Virus record (IMG/VR): IMGVR_UViG_2740892559_000001
Coordinates: 6,625 to 70,624 of that record
Origin: a virus
DNA: 64,000 bases
Direction: 5' to 3' (one strand)
Position numbers and translations under genes: made by a program. Below, piece by piece: positions 29,504-38,321 of this stretch. The first letter of the stretch is position 1; the number at the start of each line of letters is the position of its first letter. A model generated the notes under the pieces. It saw nothing but the letters and a program-made list of their open reading frames with translations. It was not told the DNA's origin and searched no databases.

Positions 29504-30307
29504 ATGGGTTTCGTCTACATGATCACCAACGACATCAATTCTAAAGCATACATCGGTATCTGTATCCATCCACCTAAGAAAACGAGAATCAAAGACCATC
29601 TTTCCGGGCGTGGCAGTCGGCTTGTTGCTGCTGCCGTTAAGAAATATGGCAAAGATGCTTTTACTTACGAAATCCTTGAGGCAGATGTCTTTGATGAATT
29701 CTTACCCGATTTAGAGGTTGCATATATTGCTAAATTTAATACTGTTGCACCTCACGGCTATAACCTCAATTCTGGGGGGAACCACGCTATACCGTCCGAG
29801 AATACGCGTCGCAAAATGTCTGAAGTACATAAAAGTAGAAAGTCTGGAGCCCAAAAGGGTGAAAAACATCCTTTCTTTGGTAAAACACATACCGCGGCTA
29901 CGCGTCGTAAAATGTCTAAAGCTAACAAAGGTAGAAAGCATACCGCGGCTACGCGTCATAAAATCTCTGAAACCAAGAAAGGTAAAAAACTTACCGAGAG
30001 ACATCGTCATAAAATCTCTGAGACCTTGAAAGGCAGAAAGCATACCGCGGCTACGCGTCATAAAATCTCTGAGGCACATAAGGGTGAAAAACATCCTTTC
30101 TTTGGCAAAACACATATCGCGGCTACGCGTCGTAAAATCTCTGAAGCAAAAAAGCATCCAGATCATGCTGCTGCGCGTGAATATTTCTTTTCACTCTCTC
30201 CCGATATGCCACTTACAGAAAAAAGAAAATTACTTTTCACAACATTTTCAAACGTTTCCCAACCCACAATTTACAGATGGGTCAAGAAATGGCAATCATC
30301 CGATTAG
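29504..30307 (+). CDS. Free-standing GIY-YIG homing endonuclease with NUMOD3 repeats (paralog of 8098..8952)
   Basis: Identical first 24 aa (MGFVYMITNDINSKAYIGICIHPP); HTAATRRK(M/I)S repeats; TIYRWVKKW end. Confidence 0.9.
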   Translation: MGFVYMITNDINSKAYIGICIHPPKKTRIKDHLSGRGSRLVAAAVKKYGKDAFTYEILEADVFDEFLPDLEVAYIAKFNTVAPHGYNLNSGGNHAIPSENTRRKMSEVHKSRKSGAQKGEKHPFFGKTHTAATRRKMSKANKGRKHTAATRHKISETKKGKKLTERHRHKISETLKGRKHTAATRHKISEAHKGEKHPFFGKTHIAATRRKISEAKKHPDHAAAREYFFSLSPDMPLTEKRKLLFTTFSNVSQPTIYRWVKKWQSSD

Positions 30308-30561
30308 GCTTTGGATAAAGCGCGATGTTCCGCTTCCTCCAATAGTTCTGCTTCGTGATCTTTACCCACACACATCACGGCAAAATCTATCTCATAAGCC
30401 GAAGTGAGCGGTATTTTGTCCCCGAAGGCGTAATAACTTGGACGTTGTCCAAATTCTTTGGCGGTATAATAGAGCGCGAGGATTTCGTCACGATTCTCAT
30501 CACTTTGATGGATCCACGTCAGAAAATCGTGCCACGTCTTTTGACGGGCGACTCCCTTCAA
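30304..30561 (-). CDS. Tail assembly chaperone extension (gpT-like), overlapping frame
   Basis: AKEFGQRPS pattern; sits between chaperone and tape measure; no early ATG. Confidence 0.6.
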   Translation of the reverse strand: MKGVARQKTWHDFLTWIHQSDENRDEILALYYTAKEFGQRPSYYAFGDKIPLTSAYEIDFAVMCVGKDHEAELLEEAEHRALSKA

Positions 30562-31018
30562 TTAAGGCATTATGGAGTGATATGACGTAAAACGGTTCCC
30601 ATTCCCGCATCTGCTCGGCAGTCAGCCCCGGATGGCTAATAATACATGACTCAAGGATGTTTAATAGTTTGTCATCATATTTCTTGACGGCGAGTTCATC
30701 CTCAAGTTTTTGCCGCTGTTCGTCGTCGAGTTCGGGATCCGGGCTTTCACCAGCGGAAGCCTCCCAAAAGGTATGTCCAAGTAACGTATTATAGTACACG
30801 GCTGTCTGTCCGGGTGTCATTGGCATCATTTCAAAATCTATTGGGTCACCGCCTTCGGGGTCAGGGAATCGAGCGATAATATTATCTTTCTGAAGTTTCT
30901 TATTCAGAGACTTCAAATCTGTGACGAAGTTCAGATCCCCTTCAACCTCTTTGCGTTTCATCACCTGCGTTGTCTTGGTGGCAGCCTTCGCCGCGATGTC
31001 TTCCATTGTTTTCGTCAT
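30500..31018 (-). CDS. Tail assembly chaperone (gpG-like)
   Basis: 172 aa acidic protein between the tube and tape measure genes. Confidence 0.7.
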   Translation of the reverse strand: MTKTMEDIAAKAATKTTQVMKRKEVEGDLNFVTDLKSLNKKLQKDNIIARFPDPEGGDPIDFEMMPMTPGQTAVYYNTLLGHTFWEASAGESPDPELDDEQRQKLEDELAVKKYDDKLLNILESCIISHPGLTAEQMREWEPFYVISLHNALIEGSRPSKDVARFSDVDPSK

Positions 31019-31157
31019 TCTCCAAATCCTTTTTTAGTGGTTTTCGGTGCGATTTTTTCTGCGAAAAAATCTTTCGGTTATCGGTGCTCAGTTAAAGAGG
31101 GAGAGGGTTTAATCAAAAATCTCTTGTAACCGACAACCGATAACCGATAACTGACAA

Positions 31158-32657
31158 CTATTCCGCAAACCCTTTCTCTGAATAGAACCGCATCGAGATT
31201 TCATCTGGCGTGGTGGCACCGACGGACGGGTTCGCTTGGAATGCGAGGTTCCGTGTGACGGAGCCTCTGCCTTCGATAGGCAGTCCGGGAATTTCTGTGA
31301 GTCCACAATTCGGGAACCGGCTCTCGACCATGACCTGTCGACCGTTTGACAACCAGTTATAGTTTCGGATAACGATCGGCACCTTGCGTTTCTCGAAATA
31401 GATGTCCTGCCAGTGGACAGTCTCGTTATTCTCTGCAGCATCATCGGTTTCATGGTAGATGCCGGCATTGACAGTGACAGTGCGCCCTTCCGTTTCGCTG
31501 GTTACGGGTTGACCGGCAAGCGGATCGCCTGTAAAGCCTTCGGGATCGACATAGTTATGGTTGCCTTCTATATCGACGCTGGTCACTGCGATCGGATCAG
31601 GTGCATCATCAGGATCGCCATCAATGCGTGCGACAAGATCCTCGAGGCTCTCGTCCGGTTCTCCGAGTACGACGGCTGTGCCGAGGCTCGGATAAAAATT
31701 GAGCGGTTTGCGTGGATACTTTTTAAGGATACCGTCGTCCGCACGCAAATTCGCCAAAGTGTTCGCGACGACGGTCGGATCGGCAAGGCTTCTCGATTCC
31801 TGGACATAAGATGCCAGCAGTCCGAGCAGTAACCGGATATTCGCGCCGATCGAGAGCCGGAACAGATTCGGGATGATGTTGTAAGCGATATAGGGTGTAA
31901 AAGCCTTGAGCATCTGTGAGCTCCAACCGTCGAAGGGGTTATTGTTCTCGTTGAGCGTCAAGGCTGCCCATTTCGTATCTGGGAGGAACTTGAGTTCTAC
32001 GCTTGTCGGTGCGGTGCCATTCCCCCAATCGAGGATGAGTCTGTCGGCGCGGTGATAGAAATCTGTGGTTATCTTTTTCGTATCACTGGCACCGAATGCA
32101 ATTTCTTCGGTTGTTGGGGTATTGAAATCGTTGGATCGTGAGCCGCGTTTTTGTCCGTAGACGCGGATTTTACCTGCACCCGAAGGGGAACCTTTTAGGG
32201 TGATCTCCAATTGGCCTGGCCATTCTGCGAGTGCCGTTTTATCATCGTTATTGATTGTCACGATATTGCTGCTGGGAGCACCGATTTTGCCACCGGGGAT
32301 CGCCTGATCGTCGACATCATTATTCGTTGGCAGTGCGGTCGGGTTGAACCAACCTAACAGCATGTGGATCGCGTCGTCGGGGAGCAGTTCAAATTCCCAT
32401 TCGCCGCCGCCCCCGCGTTTAGAGATGATGCTTTCTGGGGTCGCGCCCCCGCCGATAATGCTTTCGGATTCCGTTTCTTCTGCGGTCGGATCGAGTGTGT
32501 TCCGTGTGAACACAAAATGGTTGCGGATGAGTTTCGCCAGTGTAGTTGTCGGTGCTGCCCCATCAAAAACATTTGCGCCGGTGATGGGTTCCCCGTATTT
32601 GAGTTGGCGACCGATAAATATATAAGAATCGCCGCCGGTACGTCTTTTAGGTGCCAT
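31158..32657 (-). CDS. Major tail (tube) protein with inserted domain
   Basis: 499 aa upstream of chaperones/TMP; C-terminal FPNCGLTEIPGLPIEGRGSVTRNLAFQA is typical of tube proteins. Confidence 0.75.
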   Translation of the reverse strand: MAPKRRTGGDSYIFIGRQLKYGEPITGANVFDGAAPTTTLAKLIRNHFVFTRNTLDPTAEETESESIIGGGATPESIISKRGGGGEWEFELLPDDAIHMLLGWFNPTALPTNNDVDDQAIPGGKIGAPSSNIVTINNDDKTALAEWPGQLEITLKGSPSGAGKIRVYGQKRGSRSNDFNTPTTEEIAFGASDTKKITTDFYHRADRLILDWGNGTAPTSVELKFLPDTKWAALTLNENNNPFDGWSSQMLKAFTPYIAYNIIPNLFRLSIGANIRLLLGLLASYVQESRSLADPTVVANTLANLRADDGILKKYPRKPLNFYPSLGTAVVLGEPDESLEDLVARIDGDPDDAPDPIAVTSVDIEGNHNYVDPEGFTGDPLAGQPVTSETEGRTVTVNAGIYHETDDAAENNETVHWQDIYFEKRKVPIVIRNYNWLSNGRQVMVESRFPNCGLTEIPGLPIEGRGSVTRNLAFQANPSVGATTPDEISMRFYSEKGFAE

Positions 32658-32669
32658 ATCTTTAAATTT

Positions 32670-32746
32670 CCTTGCGGTTCGGTGAGGCGGGTTGAATGAC
32701 CAACGTTCCTCTCCGTAGGTTCGCCCTCCACTTCGTTACGGGCTAC
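32670..32746 (-). repeat. R1 element copy 2
   Basis: CCTTGCGGTTCGGTGAGG...GTTACGGGCTAC; AAGGAAA end lies just upstream of the tube ATG. Confidence 0.85.
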
Positions 32747-32786
32747 GGTTGTTCACTATTTTTCATCGGAAACCCTCTTTAACTGG

Positions 32787-33038
32787 TTACTGGAACTGGT
32801 TACTGGCTACTGGTAACTGGGAACTGACAACCATTTTGCCGCGCTCATCGTGTGTGGTGCGGGTCTTGACGAACCCGTTTGCTGTTTGCCGCCAAGGTGA
32901 CCAGTTTTGGAGCCCGAAGCGTTTCACGAGGGCGTGTTTCGCGGATCTGACCGTATGCGCTGAGATCGTGTCTGCGGTATGCTCAAGGATCGTGCCGTGC
33001 GGTGTGCATCGGGTATAGGTGAAATTGTAAGTGTGCAT
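32787..33038 (-). CDS. Hypothetical protein
   Basis: 83 aa, coupled to the 33042..33332 gene. Confidence 0.5.
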   Translation of the reverse strand: MHTYNFTYTRCTPHGTILEHTADTISAHTVRSAKHALVKRFGLQNWSPWRQTANGFVKTRTTHDERGKMVVSSQLPVASNQFQ

Positions 33039-33041
33039 AGA

Positions 33042-33332
33042 TCAGATTTTAGGCGGACGGTTAAAGAGTCGTGCGAGTAGCCCTCGCTTCTGGAGTGCCT
33101 TGATTTTTGCTTCTGCCGCGCGTAGATCGTCCAATGCGCCATCAAATTTCGCCTTAAAATGATCGCGTTGTCTGCGTGCCTCGTGCGTTTGAATCCGTAT
33201 ATCGAGTTTATCAAGATCGGTTTCGATGGCTTGCTCGATGAATTTGGATTCTGAAAGCCCTAACGCCTCGGCGGCTTTCTTGACCCGAAGCTTCGTCTGT
33301 CTCTGGACATTTGAAGAGATACGTTCTTTCAT
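33042..33332 (-). CDS. RHH-type DNA-binding protein with coiled coil
   Basis: RISSNV..TKLRVKKAAEALGLSESKFIEQAI pattern. Confidence 0.6.
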   Translation of the reverse strand: MKERISSNVQRQTKLRVKKAAEALGLSESKFIEQAIETDLDKLDIRIQTHEARRQRDHFKAKFDGALDDLRAAEAKIKALQKRGLLARLFNRPPKI

Positions 33333-33344
33333 TTTTTTGATTTT

Positions 33345-33469
33345 CCTTGCGGTTCGGTTCTTTTAACGTTCCTTGCGGTTCGGTGAGGTGGGTTGAATGA
33401 CCAACGCCCCTCTCCGTAAGTCTAGAAGAAATACCCCAGCAAAAACCCCTCCACTACGTTACGGGCTAC
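33345..33469 (-). repeat. R1 element copy 3 plus a partial duplicated end
   Basis: CCTTGCGGTTCGG at 33345 and 33371; GGGCTAC end at 33468. Confidence 0.85.
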
Positions 33470-33539
33470 ATTTATGCTTGAATATTCATCAGAAACCCTC
33501 TTTAACTGGTTACTGGTAACTGGCAACTGGAAACTTCCT

Positions 33540-34175
33540 TTATCCTTTTTTTACGATTTCGAGAAACCCGGAGAGCGTCCGGTTTCGCCAGTTGCCGACT
33601 CTGTATGCCTCGCTTTCAGCGACGATAGCGAAGTAGTATTTCGCGTCGGCTTTGGGTCGCCAGAAATCCCATCGGAAGTCGACGGTTACGTGTCCTAACC
33701 CGCCACCGGAACCGCCCTGTCCTGTTGCGAAATCGACGACAACATCGTCCGTATTCTCCATCATCTGTCGGAGTTGCACTTCGAGGGTCCGGCTCTGTTG
33801 CGCGCCTTGCACATCTATATCGAAATGCAAGTCAATGTTAAAAAGCCCTTTCGGGAACTGGATCACCTCGTTCTGTGTGCGTTGTGTGCTGGAGGCTGCG
33901 GTGATGTCGCAATCGGTTTCGTCAACGACATTTGTAAAGTTGAGTCCAAGGGTATCACCGCCGTATTCATGTTCGTCGACCACCCCAGAGAAGCCGACAG
34001 CGTAAGCCTGACCGGTGGACACGAAAGGGTGATGGACACCGCCACCCATAAATCTATCTGTCTGCTTTGTGACGGTTCCAAGCACGTTACCTGCAACTGT
34101 TCTACCTTGCAGATAGATAAAAGAGACAGGGTCTTTGCTACCGTAGAGTCCGCCAACGATGCCGCCGCGTATCAT
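33540..34175 (-). CDS. Hypothetical beta-rich protein with N-terminal MIRGGIVGGLYG
   Basis: 211 aa; first 12 aa identical to 34187..34732. Confidence 0.7.
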   Translation of the reverse strand: MIRGGIVGGLYGSKDPVSFIYLQGRTVAGNVLGTVTKQTDRFMGGGVHHPFVSTGQAYAVGFSGVVDEHEYGGDTLGLNFTNVVDETDCDITAASSTQRTQNEVIQFPKGLFNIDLHFDIDVQGAQQSRTLEVQLRQMMENTDDVVVDFATGQGGSGGGLGHVTVDFRWDFWRPKADAKYYFAIVAESEAYRVGNWRNRTLSGFLEIVKKG

Positions 34176-34186
34176 TTGTCTGCCTC

Positions 34187-34732
34187 CTATCCGACCTTCT
34201 CAACGCGTAGGAAATGGCTTCTGTTTCGGTCACCGTGGATAGGGAACAGGAAATAAAACTGTTCTGTGCCAGCAACGACAAAATCAGGATAGATGAGCTG
34301 ATACGTTGTGTTGGCAGGTGCTGTTCCCGATGTAAAGCCTGATGTATGCGTGATGACAGTGTCATCGGCGTTCATTTTGACTTCTCGCAATTCGACCCGG
34401 AATCCACCCTGAGACGCGCTTGCACTATACCCTTCAAATAAGAGGTCGTAGCGTCCGTTGGAGAATTGTAAGACAGTCTTATCCGCCTGCCCCGTTACAT
34501 CGAGATTGGCGACATCCCCACCGTTAAGGATTGTCAGGAGATCGGATTTCCCGCCGTCGTAAACTTCATCCGCGGTTGCCTTGAATTCTGCAAGCCTGCG
34601 GTTTCCACTTCCGGCAGGTGTGTAGTTCTCACCGACCCTTTTCGTCTGGCTTTTGCCGTAATAGTAAGAGACCGGGCCGCCACCACCGCCACCTTTTCCG
34701 TAAAGCCCACCAACGATCCCACCACGTATCAT
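34187..34732 (-). CDS. Hypothetical protein with N-terminal MIRGGIVGGLYG and Gly linker
   Basis: 181 aa. Confidence 0.7.
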   Translation of the reverse strand: MIRGGIVGGLYGKGGGGGGPVSYYYGKSQTKRVGENYTPAGSGNRRLAEFKATADEVYDGGKSDLLTILNGGDVANLDVTGQADKTVLQFSNGRYDLLFEGYSASASQGGFRVELREVKMNADDTVITHTSGFTSGTAPANTTYQLIYPDFVVAGTEQFYFLFPIHGDRNRSHFLRVEKVG

Positions 34733-34734
34733 GT

Positions 34735-35037
34735 TTAACTCCCGTGTGGGTCGTCTTTCGCGATCCAGACTTCAGCACCGGCAGTTTTCGTGAAGAGTCG
34801 GTAATCGAAGCCCTTCTTGACGGTTATATCCAGCACATCACCTTCCGCGGTGAGTTTGATTTCGTTGCCGTTGTACCGTGCGTTTTTCCAGGTCCCACCC
34901 TCGCGCCGTATTTGCACATGCACTTCATGTGAAGTATAGGTATCGCAAAAGAGCTGGTATTCGCCATACGAATTTTCACCGAGGATATCGGCATCCGCAG
35001 TATGGGTTTGATCGGTTTTCAGAATAACTTTCGCCAT
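34735..35037 (-). CDS. Small beta-rich hypothetical protein, first gene after promoter C
   Basis: 100 aa; RBS supplied by R1 copy 4. Confidence 0.65.
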   Translation of the reverse strand: MAKVILKTDQTHTADADILGENSYGEYQLFCDTYTSHEVHVQIRREGGTWKNARYNGNEIKLTAEGDVLDITVKKGFDYRLFTKTAGAEVWIAKDDPHGS

Positions 35038-35049
35038 TTTTTTAACTTT

Positions 35050-35148
35050 CCTTGCGGTTCGGTGAGGTAAATCGCAGCTGTGAAGTGCTATTCCGTCCAG
35101 CTAGAAGAAATACCCTATCAAAAACCCTTCCATTACATTACAGGCTAC
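35050..35148 (-). repeat. R1 element copy 4
   Basis: CCTTGCGGTTCGGTGAGG...CCATTACATTACAGGCTAC. Confidence 0.85.
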
Positions 35149-35302
35149 GGTTGTGATGAAAAATTATGAACTATGATTTTTGGGATTCAATTAAATAGTT
35201 AATGGTTAATGGTTATAAGTTAAAGAGGTTTCTTGTAAGCCCCAACCGTTTGGGAGTATCGGAAACCAAGAACTAAAAACCAACAACTAATAACTAATAA
35301 CC

Positions 35303-35380
35303 ATTATAAGGGGGAGCAGATAGCGTCTATAAGGGGAATTCGGCGGGAAAGCAATACATAAGCAATACATAAACAATACG
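35303..35380 (-). promoter_or_regulatory. Regulon promoter C (triple 11-bp repeat plus TATAAT) for the tube/TMP-side operon
   Basis: Minus strand CGTATTGTTTA TGTATTGCTTA TGTATTGCTTT CCC; TATAAT at 35308-35303, 43 bp from the proximal repeat. Confidence 0.8.
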
Positions 35381-35516
35381 GAAAGTTATCAGTACGATTT
35401 TTCTGCGAAAAATCTTTCGGTTATCAGTTTTCAGTTAAAGAGGTGTGTTGTGGCAGTAACAGGAACGGTAACCATCACAAGCTCTTAACTGGCAACTGGT
35501 AACTGGCAACTGACAA

Positions 35517-36056
35517 CTATATCTTCATAGCAAGTTGTGCGCCCATGAGTTGTTTGATGGCGTGTCGGAATTGTTCAACTGTGCAGTGCGTCATATCATA
35601 GAAACTTGGGGATGGCGATACCTTCGGGAGTGGCGGATACGGCTCAGCTTCAATTTTGTTGTGTTTTAGCGTGTCTCCGATGTCGAGTTTGTGGGTGTTA
35701 CTCGCATCGCGGAATGCCCAGTAGTTGATGTCGAACACAGGGATAGAATCGTAGTCATTCGTTGCGAGGGGGCCGGAGCTCTGCGCAAGGATGGTGTTTT
35801 CAGGCAGGTCAAATTTTTTCAGTGCGGTTTGGATACGGGTCTCGGTGCTATGATCGCACACGATATAGAGATGTATCCCCTTCATGATGAGATCGGTATT
35901 ATTGATAAGGCTGGCGAGGGTCCAGGGTAACATCTTTTCCTGCCAATCGATGTCTTCGGCATGGATGGTGATAAGGAGTGCGGTGTGTTTGCCGGGGATG
36001 AGTGGCACTTCGTATTCAAGCGGGCATTCGGGGAGTTGGGTGCGGATGTCGTTCAT
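35517..36056 (-). CDS. Stand-alone paralog of the N-terminal domain of the 3040..6045 fusion
   Basis: WTLASLINNTDLIMKGIHLY aligns with WAAMSLIRNTDLAERGVGIY. Confidence 0.6.
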   Translation of the reverse strand: MNDIRTQLPECPLEYEVPLIPGKHTALLITIHAEDIDWQEKMLPWTLASLINNTDLIMKGIHLYIVCDHSTETRIQTALKKFDLPENTILAQSSGPLATNDYDSIPVFDINYWAFRDASNTHKLDIGDTLKHNKIEAEPYPPLPKVSPSPSFYDMTHCTVEQFRHAIKQLMGAQLAMKI

Positions 36057-36116
36057 AATAGTTATCAGTTTTCAGTACGGTTTCTCTCACTGTGAGGCAT
36101 GAAAACCTTTCGGTTA

Positions 36117-36368
36117 TCAGTTGCGATCCTCAGATTCGCGAATTGTGAACTGCAGGGTCTGGCACACATCTACCAACTTATTGTATGCGACTCTAATATT
36201 AAAATCGTCTGTAAATTCTTCAAGTTTCTTACCTATCGTTTCTATATCGGCGATTGCCGATACTGCTGCCTCTACATACGCAGCATCGGTTTTGATTTTG
36301 CTGGCATGTCCAGGTATGTACTCCAATTGGTTACTCCTTGTGTCGATAACGTAATCCAGCGATTTCAT
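36117..36368 (-). CDS. Hypothetical helical protein
   Basis: Start MKSLDY, 7-8 nt after the AAGGAAA end of R1 copy 5; the upstream ORF extension is repeat-derived. Confidence 0.55.
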   Translation of the reverse strand: MKSLDYVIDTRSNQLEYIPGHASKIKTDAAYVEAAVSAIADIETIGKKLEEFTDDFNIRVAYNKLVDVCQTLQFTIRESEDRN

Positions 36369-36380
36369 TCTTTTAACTTT

Positions 36381-36458
36381 CCTTGCGGTTCGGTGAGGGT
36401 GGATAGAAAAACCAACGTTCCTCTCCGTAGATCCGCGCGCCATTACATTACGCGCTAC
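36381..36458 (-). repeat. R1 element copy 5
   Basis: CCTTGCGGTTCGGTGAGG...CCATTACATTACGCGCTAC. Confidence 0.85.
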
Positions 36459-36482
36459 AGTACCTCTTTAACTGGTTACTGG

Positions 36483-36779
36483 TTACTTGCAAGGCAGCAT
36501 TGTGCCGTCTTGGATTTTGAAGAGTCGGTTATCTTCAAAGGTAACCATCAGCGCGCCCTCGTTTTCGGGATTATTGAGCACGACATCCACTGCGGAGACA
36601 TCTTCCTGTTTGTAGCTTTTATGTCCGTCCTTCGCATAGAAGTTCGGCATATCGACACACTGATACCAGATCGTTTGTCCCTCCGACGCTGCTTCCGCCT
36701 TCTTCTTTGCGATGTGTTCTTGGATTTTCCCCGGTAGCACGGGTTCATATTCCTGTGGGACGTTCATTCGGTTTTGCAC
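36483..36779 (-). CDS. Hypothetical protein
   Basis: 98 aa, coupled to the upstream RHH gene. Confidence 0.55.
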   Translation of the reverse strand: MQNRMNVPQEYEPVLPGKIQEHIAKKKAEAASEGQTIWYQCVDMPNFYAKDGHKSYKQEDVSAVDVVLNNPENEGALMVTFEDNRLFKIQDGTMLPCK

Positions 36780-37072
36780 TATGACCTCCTTTTCTGCGAT
36801 TTTGCAATGAAACGGGTTTCCCTCTCAACTGCCTTGCGAATCACCTCTGCTTCAGAGATATTCTGCATCTTCGCCATAATTTTGATATTCTGCTGTTGCT
36901 GCAGCGTGAAGTATTGGCTTTGCTCTTTCTCCGCTTGGACATCTTTATAGTCGTCAAGTGCGCGTCGGACGATTTCAACCTTATTCAAGCCTGTTTTTTC
37001 GCTCTCCTGTTCGAGCCAGTCGAGTTGCTGCTGCGTCACCTTAAAAGTAACGGGTTTTAGACTACTTGCCAA
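36779..37072 (-). CDS. Tandem ribbon-helix-helix (CopG-like) regulator, divergent from the head operon
   Basis: VTFKVTQQQLDWLEQESEKTGLNKVEIVRRALD plus a second unit QNISEAEVIRKAVE; AGGAG RBS. Confidence 0.7.
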   Translation of the reverse strand: MASSLKPVTFKVTQQQLDWLEQESEKTGLNKVEIVRRALDDYKDVQAEKEQSQYFTLQQQQNIKIMAKMQNISEAEVIRKAVERETRFIAKSQKRRS

Positions 37073-37303
37073 GGGTATCTCCTTGTAAATGGTTATAAGT
37101 TATAAGTTAATAGTTATAAGTTAAAGAGGGAAGCCTGGTTGTCGGTTATGCGTTGCTGGTTAGGAGGGATCTGAAACGCTCATATTTTTTTCTTACGGTT
37201 GCTACCCAGAGCGGCGACACCGGTTACAAAGCACTAATAAAGTATCAGAAACCAAACCTATAACTTATAACTTATAACTAAGAACCAACAACTACTCATA
37301 CCT

Positions 37304-37332
37304 ATTATAGCATAAGCAGCCCATTCTTTCAA
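37304..37332 (-). promoter_or_regulatory. Sigma70 promoter for the RHH operon
   Basis: TTGAAA-17 bp-TATAAT with TG extension. Confidence 0.7.
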
Positions 37333-37358
37333 CGCCCCGAACCCCTTATTTTCTGAAA

Positions 37359-37436
37359 TGTATTGTTTATGTATTGCTTATGTATTGCTTTCCCAAAAAA
37401 TTCCACTTCTGAACGCCTCGTACACCACATTATAAT
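37359..37436 (+). promoter_or_regulatory. Regulon promoter B (triple 11-bp repeat plus TATAAT) for the head operon
   Basis: TGTATTGTTTA TGTATTGCTTA TGTATTGCTTT CCC; TATAAT at 37431, 43 bp from the proximal repeat. Confidence 0.8.
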
Positions 37437-37504
37437 TGAGAGTATCAAGAGAAAGGGAAATTCACTGAACGAGCTTCGTCATTTGACGATGCCCAGATCG
37501 CCTA

Positions 37505-37636
37505 AAAAACCCTATGAAAACTTTATGAAAACCTTGCGAAAACCTTGCGAAAACCTTATGAAAACTTTATGAAAACCTTGCGAAAACCTTGTGAAAACCT
37601 TATGAAAACTTTATGAAAACCTTGCGAAAACCTATC
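37505..37636 (+). repeat. 11-bp tandem array GAAAAC(C/T)TT(AT/GC/GT), about 12 units, with a 44-bp higher-order period
   Basis: Units start at 37516, 37527, ... 37626; non-coding leader of the packaging operon. Confidence 0.95.
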
Positions 37637-37655
37637 AGAAGTTTGTGAAAACCCC

Positions 37656-38318
37656 ATGAAAAAACGACACTGGATTCAACTACATATCCTCGATACGCTT
37701 GAAGATGCAGGCGAGATGCATGTTGATGACATCTTCGCCAGTAAGCCTGACGTGAAAAAGTCAACGCGGGATTATCATGTTAGGCAACTGACAGAGCGAG
37801 GCGAAATAGAAAGGGTTCAAAACGGGATCTATAGGAAACCGGCAGCAACAGATCCACAAACACGGCTCAGTAAAGCACGCAAAAAGTTTTCCAGTGACGC
37901 GCGGTCAGCCGAAAACAACGAGCAAACAATTAACACGCTGCTGAATACTTATGACGAAGTGTTAGCGATCTTTCAGGTCTGGGTACTCCAAAACATAGCT
38001 TCTGAAAAGATAGACTTTGAAAAGCAACTCCTCTTTATCGAGAACTTCAAATGGCTCACCATGATCGGCGATAAGTTGATGAAACGGTGGGCGTTGGTGC
38101 ATGTCGGCTACGATACGAATACACGTCAAGCACAAGAGGATACGAAAGCCAAGATCGAAGCCAAGCAGAAAGAAGCCATCAAAGACGCACCTATTGAAGA
38201 ACAAGTCAGCATCATTGGGAGCTTCGATCTCGAAACGAAGCAACTGATTGATAATTTCCCGACCCATGAGGATCTCGAGAATCTCTCCGAAAAAGACACA
38301 GAGGAGATAACGGTTTGA
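37656..38318 (+). CDS. Winged-helix protein directly before TerL (terminase small subunit candidate)
   Basis: N-terminal wHTH (YHVRQLTERGEIERVQNGIYR), helical C-terminus; 3 bp from terL. Confidence 0.55.
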   Translation: MKKRHWIQLHILDTLEDAGEMHVDDIFASKPDVKKSTRDYHVRQLTERGEIERVQNGIYRKPAATDPQTRLSKARKKFSSDARSAENNEQTINTLLNTYDEVLAIFQVWVLQNIASEKIDFEKQLLFIENFKWLTMIGDKLMKRWALVHVGYDTNTRQAQEDTKAKIEAKQKEAIKDAPIEEQVSIIGSFDLETKQLIDNFPTHEDLENLSEKDTEEITV

Positions 38319-38321
38319 CGC

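Noticed and set aside
26095-32657. Contractile injection system or R-type tailocin
   Set aside because: No sheath or baseplate wedge genes were recognised, and capsid, portal and terminase genes are present.
37505-37636. Possible CRISPR array
   Set aside because: Units are contiguous 11-mers with no unique spacers, and no cas genes are present.
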